Shown one piece after another: positions 61,101 through 64,000 of a stretch of DNA of 64,000 bases. The notes under the pieces are model-generated. The model did no database searches. It was not told the origin of the DNA and saw only the letters and a program-made list of their open reading frames with translations. The stretch lies in NCBI GenBank assembly GCA_001179505.1, contig CDMY01000770.1, positions 124,001 to 188,000 of the forward strand. The letters are read 5' to 3'. Position 1 is the stretch's first letter, and each line of letters starts with the position of its first letter. The DNA comes from Vitrella brassicaformis CCMP3155. Its lineage: Eukaryota > Protista > Chromerida. A program made the position numbers and the translations under genes.

Positions 61101-64000
61101 CCGACCAGACGGCGGCGCGATCTTGAGTGTCGAGTCGGCGGGGATGTCGGCTGTCAGGTTCAGCACCTCCAGACGCACCACATTGTCACGCGCCTGGACA
61201 GCAGCAGAGCAGAAGAGAGGTCTTGACTTGACTGTGCCTCCCTCTACTGTCTGTCCGTCTGTGTGTCTCTCTCTGTGTACCTCGAAGAATGGCCGTGTGG
61301 CGGTGCACGTGGGTGCGATGTCCGAGTCATTGAGCTGCAGCGGCCCGCAGTCAACGGCGTCAGCGATGGTGATGTAATCCGTCACAGCGTAGCCCTCAAT
61401 CAACGCACTCTCGTCCAGCAACACTGCCGTCCCTGCACAACAGAGCCCTCCTTGAGGCCTTCCTACGCCAGCGGTGCTATCCCTGACCGACCAGAGACGT
61501 TTGCAAATGTCGAGATGGCGAAATTGGGCGTGCCTCGTGTGGGAGGGTTGGTGAAGCGCCGGAAGTTGATGACATTCCGGACCCCACCCGTGTACAGCGG
61601 TTGAGGCAGGTAGAGTGTCGCCCACCCCAGGCCGCCGATGCACGTGCCGCCCTCCGCCGGGCCGCCATCAATCACACAATCAGAACAGTCAAACAGCTGA
61701 GAGACCAAGGAAGAAAAACAAACAGTGAGAGGGAAGGCTTTTTGTGAATTGCGCATTGTCTGGCTCGGGTGGTATGCTGACCATATCGGTGGTGATGTTG
61801 ATGATTTGTGCATTTGGAGTGACGGCCACGAATGAAAGCTCCACGGCAGTGACTCGGTTGATGGCCACCTTCGGGGGCTCGTACTGGTTGATCTCAACAT
61901 CCACAAGCCTGAAGCAGATACAACAGACACACATACACACATACGGCCCCTGCGAGTGTCATGGATGCGCCACGGCTGACAGACCTTGGTATGACTTTCC
62001 ACAGCCCCACTCTGTTGGATTGCATGAGGCTAACGCTGCCGCTGGGGTCTGCCTCTCGCGCGTCATAGTACTCGTGCAGCGAGGTGATGTCTCGCCTCGG
62101 CCGGTGGTGCAACACCAGCAGACTCGTCACCGACGGCTTGACGTTGGGCAGCACCACGTGCAGCGTGACGGTCACCTGCAGCCATTCACAGAGTGTGTGT
62201 GGAATACAGCAGACGAATGCTCGAATCGGTCCATTCATGTTGCTGACCGGCCGCCACTCGGGGATGTAGGAGCTGAAACCGATGATGCTCTTGTAAGTCG
62301 ACATGATCAATTCGCTGCCCTGCACGGGCCACATGACAGGGGAATCCACCCACCCGCCCACAGACTTGCCCTTGGTGCAGTTGGTCACCTGGCAAAGGAT
62401 GGCGAGGTCGGAAACCGGCGGCGTGATGGTGAAGTTCCAGCAGCTTCCATATATCGACTCATCAGTGACCAGCAGCTCTCTCCGGCTCCCGCTGTCATTC
62501 GCCACCGGCAGCTCCCGCAATGTCAGGTTGTACTCGGATGGGAAGTCGAAGACGATGACGTCGCCCCCCATGGCCGGCTGTGAGAGTGTGAAAGCCACTG
62601 AGAGCAGCTCCACGTCGCCCCCGTGGTGGGTGTAGGCCGATCTGTTGCGCCAGTGGGTGAAGGCATCCGGCGCGTCGGGGGACACATCTGTCTCGTTGAG
62701 GCCGGAGTAGGTCAGATTAATGCCCAGAGACGGGATGCTCGGCACGATGGGAAAGGATTTCTGATAAGCAAAAGACGACAACAAAAACGGCTACGTGAAG
62801 CTTTATGTTTTTGTACTTTTCTCCCGGCCTCGAGGAGGACTTGTGGGTCGACACGGTCGACGTAGTTGGAGTATGTCTCCAGCTGCCAGTCGCCATCGTC
62901 GTATTCCGATATGCCCGAGCTGGTCGTCACCGTCTGGCTCAACGCGCTGGGGTTCATCACCTGATGACACAATGATTGACAGCCAGCAAGGTCAAGGAGG
63001 GCTGTGTGTGTGTGTGTGTGTGTGAGTAGAGGTGTCGCTGACGAACATCAATGGAGAGCTGGTATGTGCCGGGAAGGAGCTCCTGGCGTGTGAAGAAGAA
63101 CTGGACAGCATCGAACCTGAAAGGATCCTCCTGGGACACCACACCGAGACACACAGAAATACGGACACAATATATATGCGGCCGAGCCGGTAGCTGCTGT
63201 ACGCACCAGCTGGCAGGTGGCTCCATCGACCTCATACTCTTCACCCAGGCCATAGTCGAGGTCTGCAGGGGCCGCATCGGGCACCTCATACGCGCCGGTA
63301 AAGCCCTGGCACCCACTGGAGCAATAAACAACACACACACACATATCCTTGCCGTCGATTAAATGAAGTGGCCAGAAAAGCCACTTCACTTACGTGAAGA
63401 ATGCGAACTCGGAAGCTTTAGGGGTCTTGACCCGTAGAAATGCCGTCCCGACCAAAAACGCCGATGTTGTGAACCGAAACTGATAGATGTAGAAAGGCCA
63501 AGACATACCCAGAGCAATTGCAGGCAAGGGATTCCTCTGGTGGCTGGGTGACGTACGGTGATTTTGTTTGTTTCGCCGGGGTTCTGGGTGAGGGGGTCGA
63601 TGTGGATGTCAGTAATGGCCGCTAGGGTGTACCCCTGAATGCCGTTGGCCTCCGCACCGCCAAATGACACACTCCACTCATAGGACACCTGTCCACACAC
63701 ACGGACACACGCGCAGAGAGACGGGCGTGCAGGTGTTCGGTGCAAGTATTCGCGTGACTCATGTCTGCATACAGGTGGTGATGTGGGGTTGGTGAGGCTG
63801 AATCCGATGATGTACGTCTGGTTGGACGGTGCCTCCGGTACTGGGTGCGTGAACACGAGCGACAGCTGACGCACACCACCCTGGCACCAGGCAATCGACT
63901 GAGGCTGCACACAAACATACACACATAAGACCGCTCATCTGGAGCATATTCGCGTGTCGCTGTTTGCTTGTTGGAATACCTGCGGCAGTGGTGTGTACTT
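58194..64000 (-). CDS. Large extracellular beta-strand repeat protein with C-terminal membrane/GPI anchor; 5' end beyond the window
   Basis: Many exons with recurring F/Y-x-(F/V)-x-V-x-NP modules (YIIGFSLTNP, FRRFTNPP, FTFHVRVMNP, LLRVKNAA, YCFRVQVKNP) and several N-x-S/T sequons; ends VSFLLYAVLIFVASSLAAGFF*. Confidence 0.78.

Noticed and set aside
1-64000. CRISPR arrays, tRNA/rRNA genes, transposase or reverse transcriptase ORFs
   Set aside because: No repeat-spacer arrays, cloverleaf/T-loop signatures or mobile-element protein motifs were recognised by eye; tRNAscan-SE/Infernal were not run.

Overview
Intron-rich, GC-rich eukaryotic nuclear DNA. Short GT-AG introns full of (GT)n/(CTGT)n/(GGAT)n tracts, plus three copies of a lineage-specific gene family, point to the chromerid alga Vitrella brassicaformis or a close relative (inference). 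All gene models were assembled by eye, so exon boundaries are approximate. About 18 protein-coding loci are present: a giant SMG1-type PIKK kinase (3' end off-window), a signal-peptide-bearing atypical kinase, three copies of the lineage-specific family, an RSPH14-like ARM protein, a bacterial-type ABM barrel protein, CLPTM1, a coiled-coil protein, a kinase-like gene with a duplicated C-lobe, a decayed MnmM/YtqB-like methyltransferase, a probable GPI-anchored tandem-TLDc protein, a UIM/coiled-coil/RING protein, a helical-repeat protein, a CREST-like membrane protein, an EXD1-like exonuclease, an unknown membrane protein and a large surface beta-repeat protein (5' end off-window). Two 300-N gaps flank a probably misplaced or paralogous contig. 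The main unexplained structure is non-coding. Most genes form tight head-to-head pairs whose spacers carry a recurrent AAGCTCGCA motif. Two spacers contain the same ~43-bp element, each flanked by its own 13-14-bp direct repeat, like target-site-duplicated insertions. A cluster of single C/G indel frameshifts (36.9-50.8 kb) could be assembly error or gene decay. One frameshift could be repaired by a 34-nt intron created by a tandem duplication.
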